Assembly: GCA_028042835.1 (NCBI GenBank)
Contig: JAOFOL010000008.1
Span: forward strand, 674 to 64,673
Origin: Opitutales bacterium
GTDB taxonomy: Bacteria > Verrucomicrobiota > Verrucomicrobiia > Opitutales > Seribacteraceae
Length of the DNA: 64,000 nt
Direction of reading: 5' to 3'
This document shows, piece after piece, positions 28,954-40,492 of the stretch (the first letter of the stretch is position 1; the number at the start of each line of letters is the position of its first letter). Position numbers and translations under genes: made by a program. The notes beneath the pieces are model-generated. The model made no database searches, had not been told where the DNA came from, and saw only the letters and a list, made by a program, of their open reading frames with translations.

Positions 28954-30153
28954 TTATTTTAGATCAAGAATCGAGACGCCAGGCAATTCCTTACCTTCAA
29001 GATATTCGAGGGATGCTCCGCCACCAGTACTCATAAAAGTCACATCAGCAGAGTATCCGCTGCGATTAATAGCTTTCACGCTATCTCCTCCACCGATAAT
29101 GGAAATGGCTGTACTTTTAGCCACAGTTTCCGCAACTGCAAACGTACCTTTATTTGACTCCTCAATTTCAAAAACTCCCATCGGTCCATTCCAAAGAATA
29201 GTTTGAGCGTCAGCAATTGATTGCTGGTAAAGGGCTATTGTCTTTGGTCCAATGTCAACGCCTTCCCAACCATCTTCAATATCACCTTCCACAACTTTAG
29301 ATGAACCGAGAGATTTAGCGTCAAAATCTAAACCGTCGGTAACCAAAGTATCAATTGGTAAAAGAAAATTAACTCCATTTTCACTTGCTTTTAAAAGAGC
29401 ACTTTTAGCTAACTCCACTTTATCAGGTTCACACAGGCTATTTCCTACGCTTTTTCCATTCGCCAATGCAAAGGTGTATGCCATCGCTCCCCCAATTATG
29501 ATAGAATCGGCTTTATCTAAAAGTTTGTCTATAACTGTGATTTTGTCGCTTACTTTAGCACCTCCTAGAATCACCACAAAAGGTCTGTTGGGAATTTTTG
29601 TTTTTTCACCTAAAAACTCCAACTCTTTCGCTATTAGGTATCCAGATACTTTATCGCTTAACAGTGAGGGAAGTCCGTATGTGGATGCATGTGCACGATG
29701 AGCTGTACCAAAAGCATCATTAACATAAACATCACACAATTTTGCAAGTTCAGCAGAAAATCCTGAATCATTATCAGTTTCACCTTTATGAAACCGAAGG
29801 TTTTCAAGGAGTGCAACTTGACCATCCTCTAAAGAATTTACCGAAGACTCGATATCTTTTCCAATACAATCATTTAGGAACAAAACCGTCGTGCCCAATT
29901 TGCTTGCAAGTAAAGGAGCGACAGGGGCTAAGCTCAATCGATCATTTCGTTCACCTTTAGGTCGCCCCAAATGACTGGCAAGAACAACTTTAGCACCTTT
30001 TTCCTGCAACTCTTTAATTGTCGGCAAGGCAGCATTAATCCTTGATTCATCAGTGACAGAACTATCTGCATCCAATGGGACATTGAAATCTACACGAACG
30101 AACACGCGTTTCCCTTGAAGATTTAAATCATCAATGGTTTTTACACTAGACAT
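28954..30153 (-). CDS. pgk: phosphoglycerate kinase
   Basis: RVDFNVP, SHLGRP, NDAFGTAHRAH, WNGPMGVFE, STGGGASLE. Confidence 0.98.
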   Translation of the reverse strand: MSSVKTIDDLNLQGKRVFVRVDFNVPLDADSSVTDESRINAALPTIKELQEKGAKVVLASHLGRPKGERNDRLSLAPVAPLLASKLGTTVLFLNDCIGKDIESSVNSLEDGQVALLENLRFHKGETDNDSGFSAELAKLCDVYVNDAFGTAHRAHASTYGLPSLLSDKVSGYLIAKELEFLGEKTKIPNRPFVVILGGAKVSDKITVIDKLLDKADSIIIGGAMAYTFALANGKSVGNSLCEPDKVELAKSALLKASENGVNFLLPIDTLVTDGLDFDAKSLGSSKVVEGDIEDGWEGVDIGPKTIALYQQSIADAQTILWNGPMGVFEIEESNKGTFAVAETVAKSTAISIIGGGDSVKAINRSGYSADVTFMSTGGGASLEYLEGKELPGVSILDLK

Positions 30154-30194
30154 ATCGAATTCCTTAAGGGAGTAAGACTATTTTTAGATAAATT

Positions 30195-31229
<1,035 letters not shown>

Positions 31230-31378
31230 TTATGAGTGATGGAAATGTTGAAATATTCTGAAATGAAGAATTCAGCTAAAATAGCAAGGCTTAACCTAAA
31301 TAACTGTAATACAAATATTATAAAATTTACTAATTATGCGAAAAATTTCTCTAAATCCTCATTTCGCTAGAAAAAGTA

Positions 31379-32287
31379 TTATGAATTACTCGCAAGCATT
31401 GAACAGAACTCATTAGTTAATTGGAGTTCTCCAGAAATTGATTCAAGAATCTGATCAATGTAAGCAGGGGAAAGATTGAGCCGTTGTAATAAAGCATCAG
31501 AGGGATGGTCAGGTGATTCATGTCCGCTAAAGCCAAACTTAAGGTGATTGACTGCCCAATTAGCTAAGATCACAAGATCTATTGCCTCGCCAGCTTCTTC
31601 ACTGAGTACTTTCTGCCTAGATTCAGGGTTAGGCTCATGATGCCAACGTACTACACTTTCAACATAGTTTGATAGCCCCCAATTTTTGCAAATGAGGTAA
31701 CCCAAGTAATCGTGCCTTGCACTCTGGTTAACTAGTTCAGCCTTGAATAGGTTAATATTCTTATCCAGAGCCAACTGGGAATCAGCTATGAAAAGCTTAG
31801 AATCATCGAGTTCATCTAACTTATATCTTGCCACTTTTCCAATGTCATGAACCAGCCCGCAAGTATAAGCCCTCTCGTGCCAAGATTTCCCTAGCCATTT
31901 AGCTAAGGTTCGGGAAGCAGAAGCAACTCCTAGGCTATGCTTCCATAAATCTTCAAGAGTGAAACGATCTTGGGCACTTTCATCTTTGAACATCTTGAAA
32001 ACAGAAGTTGTCAAGATAACATTTCTAATTTTCTCAAACCCAAGTGTTCCAATGGCTTCGCTGGCATCCGTTACTCTATCGTCCCGACCACCGCGATAAA
32101 ATGAAGTATTGGCAACTCTGAGAATCTTCATGGTCATCGATTGATCAGATGTCATCACTTCTTCAACTGCGAAAGTTGAGGAATCCGGGTTTTGCAAAAC
32201 ATTGGTCAGTTCGTTGACGATCGTGGGAAGCGTTGGTAAGTTACGCTGTATTTGATTGATCAGAAAATTGTAGTCGATGGCACTCAT
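31379..32287 (-). CDS. stand-alone HDOD-domain signalling protein
   Basis: LPTLP, D-x5-ILRVAN, LG, WKHSLGVA, GLVHDIGK, H-x3-G...W, HH. Confidence 0.9.
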   Translation of the reverse strand: MSAIDYNFLINQIQRNLPTLPTIVNELTNVLQNPDSSTFAVEEVMTSDQSMTMKILRVANTSFYRGGRDDRVTDASEAIGTLGFEKIRNVILTTSVFKMFKDESAQDRFTLEDLWKHSLGVASASRTLAKWLGKSWHERAYTCGLVHDIGKVARYKLDELDDSKLFIADSQLALDKNINLFKAELVNQSARHDYLGYLICKNWGLSNYVESVVRWHHEPNPESRQKVLSEEAGEAIDLVILANWAVNHLKFGFSGHESPDHPSDALLQRLNLSPAYIDQILESISGELQLTNEFCSMLASNS

Positions 32288-33901
32288 TTAAATAGGTCTA
32301 AAGGCAGTTGGTTTTATCTTTTGGATGAAATATGAACTAAATATTACTAAAACTAGACACAATGCTACAAAATAATCACCTCTTTTTGAATAAAATGTAT
32401 TTTTGGATGGAGGAACCGAAATTTCCAGAACGGAAGCACCTTGAAAATATACACTCTCATCTTGATCTCTCATCACTTCCCGGATAACTCCGTTTGGCGA
32501 TATCCAACCAGACCATCCAGCGTTTCCACACCGAAGAACACTTACTCCAAGTTCAAGAGCTCTTATCACAGAATGAGACGCATGCTGCTCAGCACACCCC
32601 TCCTCTCCAAACCAGGCATCATTCGTGGTAACAAAAAGCAGGGTATTTTGATTTACAGGTACATCTTTTACTAAACCGGGAAAAATGTCTTCATAACAGA
32701 TTACAGGCACTATTGAGATCGTTTGATTGTACTCGTTAGCAACCGTAAAAGAATGAAAGCAATTTCCCTGAGTAAAGTTGCCTACTGGACCCACTAAGCG
32801 AGTTAATCCGGGAATCAAGCTTAGCGGCGCGGGGATATGCTCGCCAAAGGGCACCAATACCTGCTTCGCATACCACTCTTGCTCAAGTCCATGAAGAGGG
32901 TCAATCTTAACGACACTATTGTAACTAAGTTCATTTTCCTTAATGATAGCGCCAGCTAAAATGGGAGTGTCTCCTTCTTTGCTTAATTTCTCAACCCAAC
33001 CTCTATCTAAGTTCACGGCATAAGGTGTTGATGCCTCTGGCCATACAATTAAATCCGGACGTAGCGAGGAAAGAACATTTGTTTGCTCAATTAGCGTCCT
33101 TTTGTTGTGAGCAATATTTTCAGGAGCCCATTTATTGAGCAAATATGGTTGGCAAACTCCAACTTTGACAGAAACGGACTCAGCTAGTTCGCTTTTTTTA
33201 CTTCGCAAGATCAATGGTAAGAGCATGATCAAGAAAAATGCCATACAGATATAGAAATCTGGGCACATAGAAGAAAAATAGCCACTTCTGTCTTGCCTCC
33301 TCCTTCGAACTAGAAGGTGGTGTAAATAGGAAGCCAAGCATAGATTGAAAAAAACCAAAAAGAAAGAAACTATCCATCCACCCGCGTATGGAACAAGCTG
33401 CAGGAGAGCTGGTCTTTCCCATTGCGTTACAGAAAGCGGGCACCATGGAAAACCTAAAGGAAAGAGACTCCGAGCCCACTCAATCGTAACCCAAAGTGCT
33501 GAAAGTCCAAAAATTCCGGAAAATCTAACCCCAAAAGGTCCATCCGCACATTTATATACCCACCTGCTTGCAATAATAAACCAGGGCAGTTGGTAGATGG
33601 TCACAACCAAGCAAGCCAGCAGCATCCCCACCGGACTCACATGCCTTATCCATCCTATTAAACCTATGTTGTAAATAAATCCACTTAAAATAAGGGAAAC
33701 ATAAATAGCTTTACTTTTAGGCTCAAAATAGAGCCATACCAGAAGAGGTACCAGAAAGAAGTATGCGGCTTCAGGAAATTCGCCTGGTGGTTGGGCGAGA
33801 TAAAGAAGGAGAAAAGTTGAACCTGTTGCTAAAATACCAGGACTCCAAGTCTTGAAGAATAAAATACAGTCTAGGCGATACGAATGATAAAAAGTTCGCA
33901 T
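32288..33901 (-). CDS. lnt: apolipoprotein N-acyltransferase
   Basis: Multiple TM helices, GFPW, VWPE, K-x2-LVPFGE, ICYED, NDAWF. Confidence 0.95.
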   Translation of the reverse strand: MRTFYHSYRLDCILFFKTWSPGILATGSTFLLLYLAQPPGEFPEAAYFFLVPLLVWLYFEPKSKAIYVSLILSGFIYNIGLIGWIRHVSPVGMLLACLVVTIYQLPWFIIASRWVYKCADGPFGVRFSGIFGLSALWVTIEWARSLFPLGFPWCPLSVTQWERPALLQLVPYAGGWIVSFFLVFFNLCLASYLHHLLVRRRRQDRSGYFSSMCPDFYICMAFFLIMLLPLILRSKKSELAESVSVKVGVCQPYLLNKWAPENIAHNKRTLIEQTNVLSSLRPDLIVWPEASTPYAVNLDRGWVEKLSKEGDTPILAGAIIKENELSYNSVVKIDPLHGLEQEWYAKQVLVPFGEHIPAPLSLIPGLTRLVGPVGNFTQGNCFHSFTVANEYNQTISIVPVICYEDIFPGLVKDVPVNQNTLLFVTTNDAWFGEEGCAEQHASHSVIRALELGVSVLRCGNAGWSGWISPNGVIREVMRDQDESVYFQGASVLEISVPPSKNTFYSKRGDYFVALCLVLVIFSSYFIQKIKPTAFRPI

Positions 33902-35004
33902 TACTTGCAGCCTATATTGCCAGAGGCACAGTCAGCAGACGATCCTTTTCCAAAACTAATCAATGGTTCAGGTAAAATCTCTAAATAACCATTACTGTCA
34001 TTACTTAAATGCCTGTCGAATACGGAAAATAATTCATTTTTAGTAGAAGAACGACGCATTTCTCTAAGGAAAACACCATCTTTATCAATCGACTGCCCCA
34101 CATAATTTAAGAATTTCTTAATTCTTGAGACCAACCTTTTATCGTCCATCCTTGGGGTGGAAAGCTCATTGTATAACTCTACGCAATACTCGTGAACATT
34201 TTTTCTCGTAGGAATGAAGGGCGGCAAACCAGAAGCAATCTCCCTAATTTGTCGAAAGATCCAGGGATTTCTAATTGCGGCCCGGCCGATCATGACACCC
34301 CGCGTCCCTAACTTAACTTTAAGATTATTTGCCTGCTCCGCAGTTTCAATACTACCATTTACTAAAACAGGGCAATGCCCATCGAGGTACTGCACCGCCT
34401 TAGAAACATAAGTGTAATCAGGAGCAGAATTGTAGCCCCCAGTAACCGTTCTTACATGGATACTTAAGAGATTAACTTGGTTTATTTTAATAGCTTTAAG
34501 TATCTCATCGAAATTGCGGTCATCATCAAAACCAATTCTCATTTTAACCGTCAAATTCCCCTCAATATTGGAACGCATTTCGGATAATATAGAATTAACT
34601 TTTTCAGGATCCCTAAGTAATCCTCCTCCCACATTCTTCTTATATACTCTCGGTGCGGGGCACCCCATATTCAGATCCACACCCGCAATTGGATATTTTT
34701 TTAAATCAAGAATTGTCCGTTTGATATCACTTATGTTTTCCCCGATAATCTGTGCATAAACTGGTTTCGCCGTTGGGTTCTCAATAATAGAACTTAGGAT
34801 TTCCGGACTCAGCCTAGAGTTTACATGAACTCGAAAAAACTCAGTAAAAAATAAATCAGGCTCTCCCCTCCTCGCGATTACTCGCATAAAAGGTAATCCA
34901 GTAACATCCTGCATCGGAGCCAATGCCGAAGGGCAGAATACTTGATCTTCGATTCCTAGCTCAAAACGAGGACTAGGAACTCCAGTCTTTACGACAGAGA
35001 CCAT
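33901..35004 (-). CDS. tRNA-dihydrouridine synthase family
   Basis: LAPM, DLNMGCP, TVKMRIG, NG-x-I, MIGRAA-x2-NPWIF. Confidence 0.93.
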   Translation of the reverse strand: MVSVVKTGVPSPRFELGIEDQVFCPSALAPMQDVTGLPFMRVIARRGEPDLFFTEFFRVHVNSRLSPEILSSIIENPTAKPVYAQIIGENISDIKRTILDLKKYPIAGVDLNMGCPAPRVYKKNVGGGLLRDPEKVNSILSEMRSNIEGNLTVKMRIGFDDDRNFDEILKAIKINQVNLLSIHVRTVTGGYNSAPDYTYVSKAVQYLDGHCPVLVNGSIETAEQANNLKVKLGTRGVMIGRAAIRNPWIFRQIREIASGLPPFIPTRKNVHEYCVELYNELSTPRMDDKRLVSRIKKFLNYVGQSIDKDGVFLREMRRSSTKNELFSVFDRHLSNDSNGYLEILPEPLISFGKGSSADCASGNIGCK

Positions 35005-35023
35005 TTATCGATACATAATTGAT

Positions 35024-35467
35024 CTAGTCCTGCTTTTTAAGGATGCGATCGAGTATCTCTGACATATCTTCAACATTCTCTAAGACTTTATTGGCTACAT
35101 GGATTGGTTGTTTCATTTGCAGTGCCAAAACAATTGAATCACTCGGACGTGCGTCAAGTTCGATAATCTTTTTACCCAATTCATTCTCCATCCTAAGAAT
35201 TATTCTAGCAAAAAAAGTGCCCTCATCTACATCATTAATTAAAACTCTCTCAATTGACGCCTCAAGTCCCTTTAGTATCAACCCGATAAGATCATGAGTT
35301 AAAGGCCTTTCCTTCTTCACCTGATTAATTGTCATGTTGATCGCATTACCTATTGCGGGATCTACATAAATTACAAAAGTCTTATCATCATTGCCCAAAA
35401 ATATGGCACAACCATTCGATGTAGGCATGACTCCCTTTACTGTAACTTCACTCGAATCAATATTCAT
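35024..35467 (-). CDS. bifunctional nuclease family (DUF151)
   Basis: RPLTHDL, GTFFA, DARPSDSIVLAL. Confidence 0.93.
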   Translation of the reverse strand: MNIDSSEVTVKGVMPTSNGCAIFLGNDDKTFVIYVDPAIGNAINMTINQVKKERPLTHDLIGLILKGLEASIERVLINDVDEGTFFARIILRMENELGKKIIELDARPSDSIVLALQMKQPIHVANKVLENVEDMSEILDRILKKQD

Positions 35468-35473
35468 GTTGTC

Positions 35474-35502
35474 ATTATCTAGATTATGGATTTCGTTCGC
35501 AA
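35474..35502 (-). promoter_or_regulatory. candidate sigma70 promoter
   Basis: TTGCGA-N17-GATAAT-N6-ATG(35467). Confidence 0.55.
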
Positions 35503-35546
35503 GAACTTATGAATTATAGAATTTCAGAAACCAAACTTTTTCCCAA

Positions 35547-36074
35547 GTGAAAAAATTAAGGACTAATATATATCTAATAGGAATGATGGGCTCAGGTAAG
35601 TCTGCCGTGGGTGAATTAGCGGCGGAGCGGATGCAAATGGAGTTTTTAGATTCAGATCGTTCGATTGAAAAGATTGCAGGTAAAAAGATTAGCGAAATTT
35701 TCAAAACTGACGGAGAACTGCATTTTAGAGAAATGGAAAGATCTTTTATTAAAAGCGGCCACCCGGCTCATGGCTGCTTAGTCTCATGCGGTGGCGGCTT
35801 AGCCTCAATTGAAGGAATGGCAGACCAACTTAAGTCAAAGGGCTTAGTTATCTGCTTGTGGGCAAACCCAGAAACCATTTACCAACGAATAAAAGATGAC
35901 CAAAATCGGCCACTCTTACGAGTGAAGAACCCGCTGGCCGAGATTCAAAAACTAATTGAGGTTAGGAAAGAAATCTACCTGAATGCTGATTTGGTTATTC
36001 AAACAGACAAACTAACACTTTCTCAAACTGTAGATACTGTTATATCGGGGCAGAATTCAATACTGGAAGATTAA
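35547..36074 (+). CDS. aroK: shikimate kinase
   Basis: GMMGSGKS, D-x-D, GE-x2-FR, CGGG, RPLL. Confidence 0.95.
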   Translation: MKKLRTNIYLIGMMGSGKSAVGELAAERMQMEFLDSDRSIEKIAGKKISEIFKTDGELHFREMERSFIKSGHPAHGCLVSCGGGLASIEGMADQLKSKGLVICLWANPETIYQRIKDDQNRPLLRVKNPLAEIQKLIEVRKEIYLNADLVIQTDKLTLSQTVDTVISGQNSILED

Positions 36075-36481
36075 ATCATATTATTCTTAAATTTTTTCAT
36101 CTGCTCCTTAAAAACTTTTGGTGGTCTAATCACTTTACCGTTTTCATTTACAAAGGCATGCGTTGTCTTCGCGGTTGCCAAAATTTCCTCACCTTTCCGA
36201 ACAAAGTAATTTGCCTGAATACGAACCTGATCAACCTTTGGAATAGACACCTCGATGGATAGCAAGTCGTCAAAACGAGCCGGCATCTTAAACTCACATG
36301 AACAACTAAGTACGGGAAGAAAGTAACCACTTTCCTCCAACTTTCTGTATGGGCATTCTATTTGCTCAAGAAGGTTTACCCTCGCAACCTCAAGCCATGT
36401 AAAATAATTGGCATGGTAGACGATGCCCATTTTATCAGTCTCTTGATACCTAACTTTGATTGAAGTTGTTGCGGAAAACAT
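36071..36481 (-). CDS. acyl-CoA thioesterase (YbgC/4HBT family)
   Basis: VRYQETDKMGIVYHANY-x2-W-x-E-x2-R. Confidence 0.92.
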   Translation of the reverse strand: MFSATTSIKVRYQETDKMGIVYHANYFTWLEVARVNLLEQIECPYRKLEESGYFLPVLSCSCEFKMPARFDDLLSIEVSIPKVDQVRIQANYFVRKGEEILATAKTTHAFVNENGKVIRPPKVFKEQMKKFKNNMI

Positions 36482-36487
36482 AGATTT

Positions 36488-36517
36488 ATTTTATCTAAAT
36501 TCTCGAAACTGTTTCAA
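36488..36517 (-). promoter_or_regulatory. candidate sigma70 promoter
   Basis: TTGAAA-N18-TAAAAT-N6-ATG(36481). Confidence 0.5.
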
Positions 36518-36529
36518 GCTAGATAAATT

Positions 36530-37135
36530 ATGTCCTTAAATAAAAAAGATAGAAGAATTTCAATATGGATTGGCGTGGTTATTGGCGTAACAATATCATC
36601 ACTACTTTTCAAATATGCTATAACTGAAAAAAATCAAAGAGCATCCCAGAGAAAAGGCTCCTATGATTCAAATTTTACAGCGGTCAATAATGTTCGATTC
36701 CCCAAAATACCTTCTTCGATTAAAGAATGTATTCCGCACGGACTTATTCTTTTCTATGAAAGTAACCGGTCCATCTCAGGTAACTTCACGGAACATCCAA
36801 ATTCTTGCTGGATTATTGAATGCGCGGGAGTCCTGAGGTCGGAAAGATTGTTTGTCCTTGCAGAAACTTCTTCAGGCAAACCTGAAAGAACATTATTTTT
36901 CAGAGCGAGTGAGTTGTATATTACTGCTAGTCCTGAAATAACTCAGGAAATGTTAGAAAAGAACTTGCCGGAATCAGAATTTAGGATTTTAGGAAAAAAT
37001 CAAATGACACAAGAATTTATCGTACAAATCAAAGAATTTTCACCCGACAAAATTAAGTTTTACCTTAATCAACTTAACTCTGAATACCCTCAGATTAATA
37101 AAGTCAGACTATGCCCATGGTTACCGCCAGCATAA
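36530..37135 (+). CDS. membrane-anchored hypothetical protein
   Basis: N-terminal TM helix; 201-aa ORF filling the gap. Confidence 0.7.
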   Translation: MSLNKKDRRISIWIGVVIGVTISSLLFKYAITEKNQRASQRKGSYDSNFTAVNNVRFPKIPSSIKECIPHGLILFYESNRSISGNFTEHPNSCWIIECAGVLRSERLFVLAETSSGKPERTLFFRASELYITASPEITQEMLEKNLPESEFRILGKNQMTQEFIVQIKEFSPDKIKFYLNQLNSEYPQINKVRLCPWLPPA

Positions 37136-37140
37136 GGTAT

Positions 37141-37169
37141 TTGACCAAATGCAACTCTCGCAATATCAT
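37141..37169 (+). promoter_or_regulatory. sigma70 promoter of tig-clpP-clpX
   Basis: TTGACC-N17-TATCAT. Confidence 0.65.
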
Positions 37170-37215
37170 GAATTTTAATCATCACCCCTTAAACTTCTTC
37201 AACTAAGACATTATT

Positions 37216-38547
37216 GTGAACCTTGAATTAAAAGATGCGGGAACAGCCCGAAAAATAGCTATTGTTTCCTTTGACTCGAATGAAATTGAGTCAAAAGAAA
37301 ACGAAGCGTGTAAAGAAATCGGTAAACTTGCCAATATTCCTGGTTTCAGGAAAGGTAAAGCCCCATCTCATGTCATTCGTAAAAGATACGCTAAAGAACT
37401 TAGAGACGAACTTACAAGAAAAGTGTCAACTGATGCCTATGAATCAGTCTTGGATCATAAAGAAATTAAAGTTTTTTCCATCCTTAAAGTTGATCCTGGT
37501 GAATTCTCTAAAGAGTCGGGCGTCAGTATCGAAGTTACGGTTGATTTGGAACCAGAATTCGATCTTCCAGACTACGAAAATTTTGAACTTACAACCCTAT
37601 CAGTTGAAGTCGGAGATGACGACATTGAGAAAGAACTTTCGACTTTGAGAGACCAAAGAGCTTCTTTCGATATTGTAGAGAGAAAAGCAAAGAAAGGTGA
37701 CTATATCAAATGCAGTTATGAAGGAGAACTTGATGGGAAACCAGTGGCTGAAATCCTTCCAGACAAACCCATGTACGGGAAGCAAACAAACACGTGGGAA
37801 GAAGCGGGTCAGGCAAAGGGTTTGGGAGTAGATGCTATTGCAGACGGAGTAGTAGGAATGAAAAGTGGTGATGAAAAAGAAGTCGAAGCTTCATTTGACG
37901 ATAGTTTCGAAGTAGCTCCACTTGCAGGGAAAACTGTATTGTACAAACTTAAAGTCCATGAAGTTAGGGAAAAAAAGCCTCCGACCATGGATGAAGAATT
38001 TTTTAAATCTTTAAAAGTGGAAAATCTTGAGGAATTAAAAGATCGTATACTTACCGATTTAGAATCTCGAAAAGAGCAGGAAAATCAAAATGCGAAACGT
38101 AGCCAAATAACGCAAAAGATTTTAGATCTTCCCGATTTCCCCCTCCCTCAGCAAGCTGTGGATGATGAATCCAATTCTATCTTCCAGTCGCGGGCTCAAC
38201 GTGCGATCCAACAGGGGACAAAACAGGAGGAAATTGAATCCAAAAAAGACGAGCTGTGGAAAGAGGCAAAGACCCAGGGAGAAGCGCGCGTCAAACTTAC
38301 TTTAACTCTTAGCAAAATAGCAGAAAAAGAGAAAGTTGATGTGAGTAATGAAGATCTAGCTAGAGCGGCAACTCAAGAAGCGATGATGCTAAGAAAAGAT
38401 CCTGCCGCCTACGTGAAAGAATTATCTCAAAATCGACAACAACTGCAAAGATTAAGGCAAGATATTCTTCACGATAAAACACTTAATTTAATTACAACTA
38501 AATCCAAAGAAATTACAGGTGATACCGAGGGTGATAATACCCAATAA
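37216..38547 (+). CDS. tig: trigger factor
   Basis: [10 protein letters not shown] ribosome-binding motif, FKBP domain, upstream of clpP-clpX. Confidence 0.95.
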   Translation: MNLELKDAGTARKIAIVSFDSNEIESKENEACKEIGKLANIPGFRKGKAPSHVIRKRYAKELRDELTRKVSTDAYESVLDHKEIKVFSILKVDPGEFSKESGVSIEVTVDLEPEFDLPDYENFELTTLSVEVGDDDIEKELSTLRDQRASFDIVERKAKKGDYIKCSYEGELDGKPVAEILPDKPMYGKQTNTWEEAGQAKGLGVDAIADGVVGMKSGDEKEVEASFDDSFEVAPLAGKTVLYKLKVHEVREKKPPTMDEEFFKSLKVENLEELKDRILTDLESRKEQENQNAKRSQITQKILDLPDFPLPQQAVDDESNSIFQSRAQRAIQQGTKQEEIESKKDELWKEAKTQGEARVKLTLTLSKIAEKEKVDVSNEDLARAATQEAMMLRKDPAAYVKELSQNRQQLQRLRQDILHDKTLNLITTKSKEITGDTEGDNTQ

Positions 38548-38572
38548 TTTCCACCAATTACACACAAATAAA

Positions 38573-39172
38573 ATGGGAGCATATTTACCTTTACCGTATG
38601 TTTACGAAAGAGAAGGCAGGCAGGAACGAGCTTGGGATATCTACAGTAGACTTTTAAGAGACCGTATCGTCTTTGTTGGGACACCAATTGATGATTATGT
38701 GGCAAATTCAATTATTGCCCAATTACTATTCCTGCAGATGGAGGATCCTAAAAAAGATATTCATGTATACATCAACTCACCAGGCGGGAGTGTTTCCGAC
38801 GGAATGGCTATTTATGACACACTCAACTTCATGCAATGCGACATTGTAACTTATTGCATAGGAATGGCAGCAAGCATGAGCACGGTACTTCTTGCAGCTG
38901 GAACACCCGGTAAAAGATACGCACTACCAAACAGTCGTGTCATGATACACCAACCAAGTGGCGGAGCTGGTGGTCAAACTTCCGATATATCAATCGCTGC
39001 GAAAGAAATTTTACGATGGAGGAAAACTATCAATAATATTCTTTCCAAACACAGCGGTAAATCAATTGAGCAGCTTGAAAAGGATTCCGATCGCGACTAC
39101 TACATGTCAGCAGAAGAAGCGAAAGATTACGGTTTGGTAGACGAAGTAATCTATCAAAAACCATCCGAATAA
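38573..39172 (+). CDS. clpP: ATP-dependent Clp protease proteolytic subunit
   Basis: DIYSRLL, YINSPGG, AASM, MIHQP; start corrected to ATG 38573. Confidence 0.97.
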   Translation: MGAYLPLPYVYEREGRQERAWDIYSRLLRDRIVFVGTPIDDYVANSIIAQLLFLQMEDPKKDIHVYINSPGGSVSDGMAIYDTLNFMQCDIVTYCIGMAASMSTVLLAAGTPGKRYALPNSRVMIHQPSGGAGGQTSDISIAAKEILRWRKTINNILSKHSGKSIEQLEKDSDRDYYMSAEEAKDYGLVDEVIYQKPSE

Positions 39173-39180
39173 ACCGACTC

Positions 39181-40482
39181 ATGGCTAAACCTACTAAAAT
39201 CAACTTCTGTTCATTCTGTGGGAAACCTCAGGGTGAGGTTAAGAAGATGATTGCGGGTCCAGCTAGTGTTTTTATTTGTGACTCCTGTGTTAGAGTTTGT
39301 AAAACCATTATTGATCGCGAACTCGGAGAGAAAGAAACCCCCGTTAAAGCGAGTGGAGAAAAGCCAATTTTCAACTTGCTTAAGCCTGCAGCAATTAAAG
39401 CACATTTAGACGAACATGTAATCGGTCAAGATCATGCCAAGAAGGTGCTTTCTGTAGCGGTGCATAATCATTATAAACGCCTTGCCTGCGAAATGGGAAT
39501 TAATACAGGTGACGCCTCCCCTAATCTCTTCGCCTCTGAGGACCTCAAGGGAGTTGAGATTGAAAAAAGTAATGTGCTGCTTCTGGGTCCAACAGGAAGT
39601 GGCAAAACTTACCTTGCCAGAACACTTGCGAACCTTCTGGATGTTCCCTTCGCAATAGCTGACGCAACTACTCTAACGGAGGCTGGTTATGTAGGGGATG
39701 ATGTTGAAAACATTGTTCTTCGACTACTTCAGTCTGCAGACCAAAATGTCGAAAGAGCACAGTGCGGAATCATTTATGTAGATGAAATTGATAAGATTGG
39801 ACGGAAAACAGACAATGTTTCTATAACTAGAGATGTTTCAGGTGAAGGCGTTCAACAAGCATTACTTAAGATTCTTGAAGGCACAGTTTGTAATGTGCCT
39901 CCTCAAGGCGGTAGGAAGCACCCGAACCAAGACTACATTCAACTCGATACAGCAAATGTTCTTTTTATATGCGGGGGTGCATTTGTGGATCTTGATCAGA
40001 TAGTTGAGCAGAGGGTTGGCAACCGTATGGTTGGTTTCAATTCAGATACACCAAAAGACAAGGAAGATTTGCTCGGCGATGTAAGACCCGAGGATCTCGT
40101 AAAGTACGGCTTAATTCCTGAGTTTATTGGTCGACTGCCTATAGTTTCAGTCTTAGAAGAACTTACCCAAACTGAACTTGTCAGGGTTCTAAAGGAGACT
40201 AAAAATTCTCTTTTAAAACAATACAGGAAACTCTTCCTCATGGAAGGAGCTGAACTTCATTTTACTAGGGAAGCTATCCTGTCCATTTGTGAACAAGCGA
40301 TCTTAATGAAGACAGGAGCCAGAGCCTTAAGATCAATCATGGAAAACATCATGCTTGATGTTATGTACGATCTCCCCTCAATTGAAGAACCTGTACGAGT
40401 AACAATAAGCGCTGCAGTTGTTCGGGGAAAAGGAAAAGCTAAAATATCACAACTCCCTCAAAATAAAAGAGACGCAGCCTAG
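39181..40482 (+). CDS. clpX: Clp protease ATP-binding subunit
   Basis: CSFC...CDSC zinc domain, [22 protein letters not shown]. Confidence 0.98.
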   Translation: MAKPTKINFCSFCGKPQGEVKKMIAGPASVFICDSCVRVCKTIIDRELGEKETPVKASGEKPIFNLLKPAAIKAHLDEHVIGQDHAKKVLSVAVHNHYKRLACEMGINTGDASPNLFASEDLKGVEIEKSNVLLLGPTGSGKTYLARTLANLLDVPFAIADATTLTEAGYVGDDVENIVLRLLQSADQNVERAQCGIIYVDEIDKIGRKTDNVSITRDVSGEGVQQALLKILEGTVCNVPPQGGRKHPNQDYIQLDTANVLFICGGAFVDLDQIVEQRVGNRMVGFNSDTPKDKEDLLGDVRPEDLVKYGLIPEFIGRLPIVSVLEELTQTELVRVLKETKNSLLKQYRKLFLMEGAELHFTREAILSICEQAILMKTGARALRSIMENIMLDVMYDLPSIEEPVRVTISAAVVRGKGKAKISQLPQNKRDAA

Positions 40483-40492
40483 ATTAGAACTT

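Noticed and set aside
31279-31288. AAATAGCAAG resembling a tracrRNA segment
   Set aside because: Short AT-rich match in the gap promoter region, with no anti-repeat or cas9.
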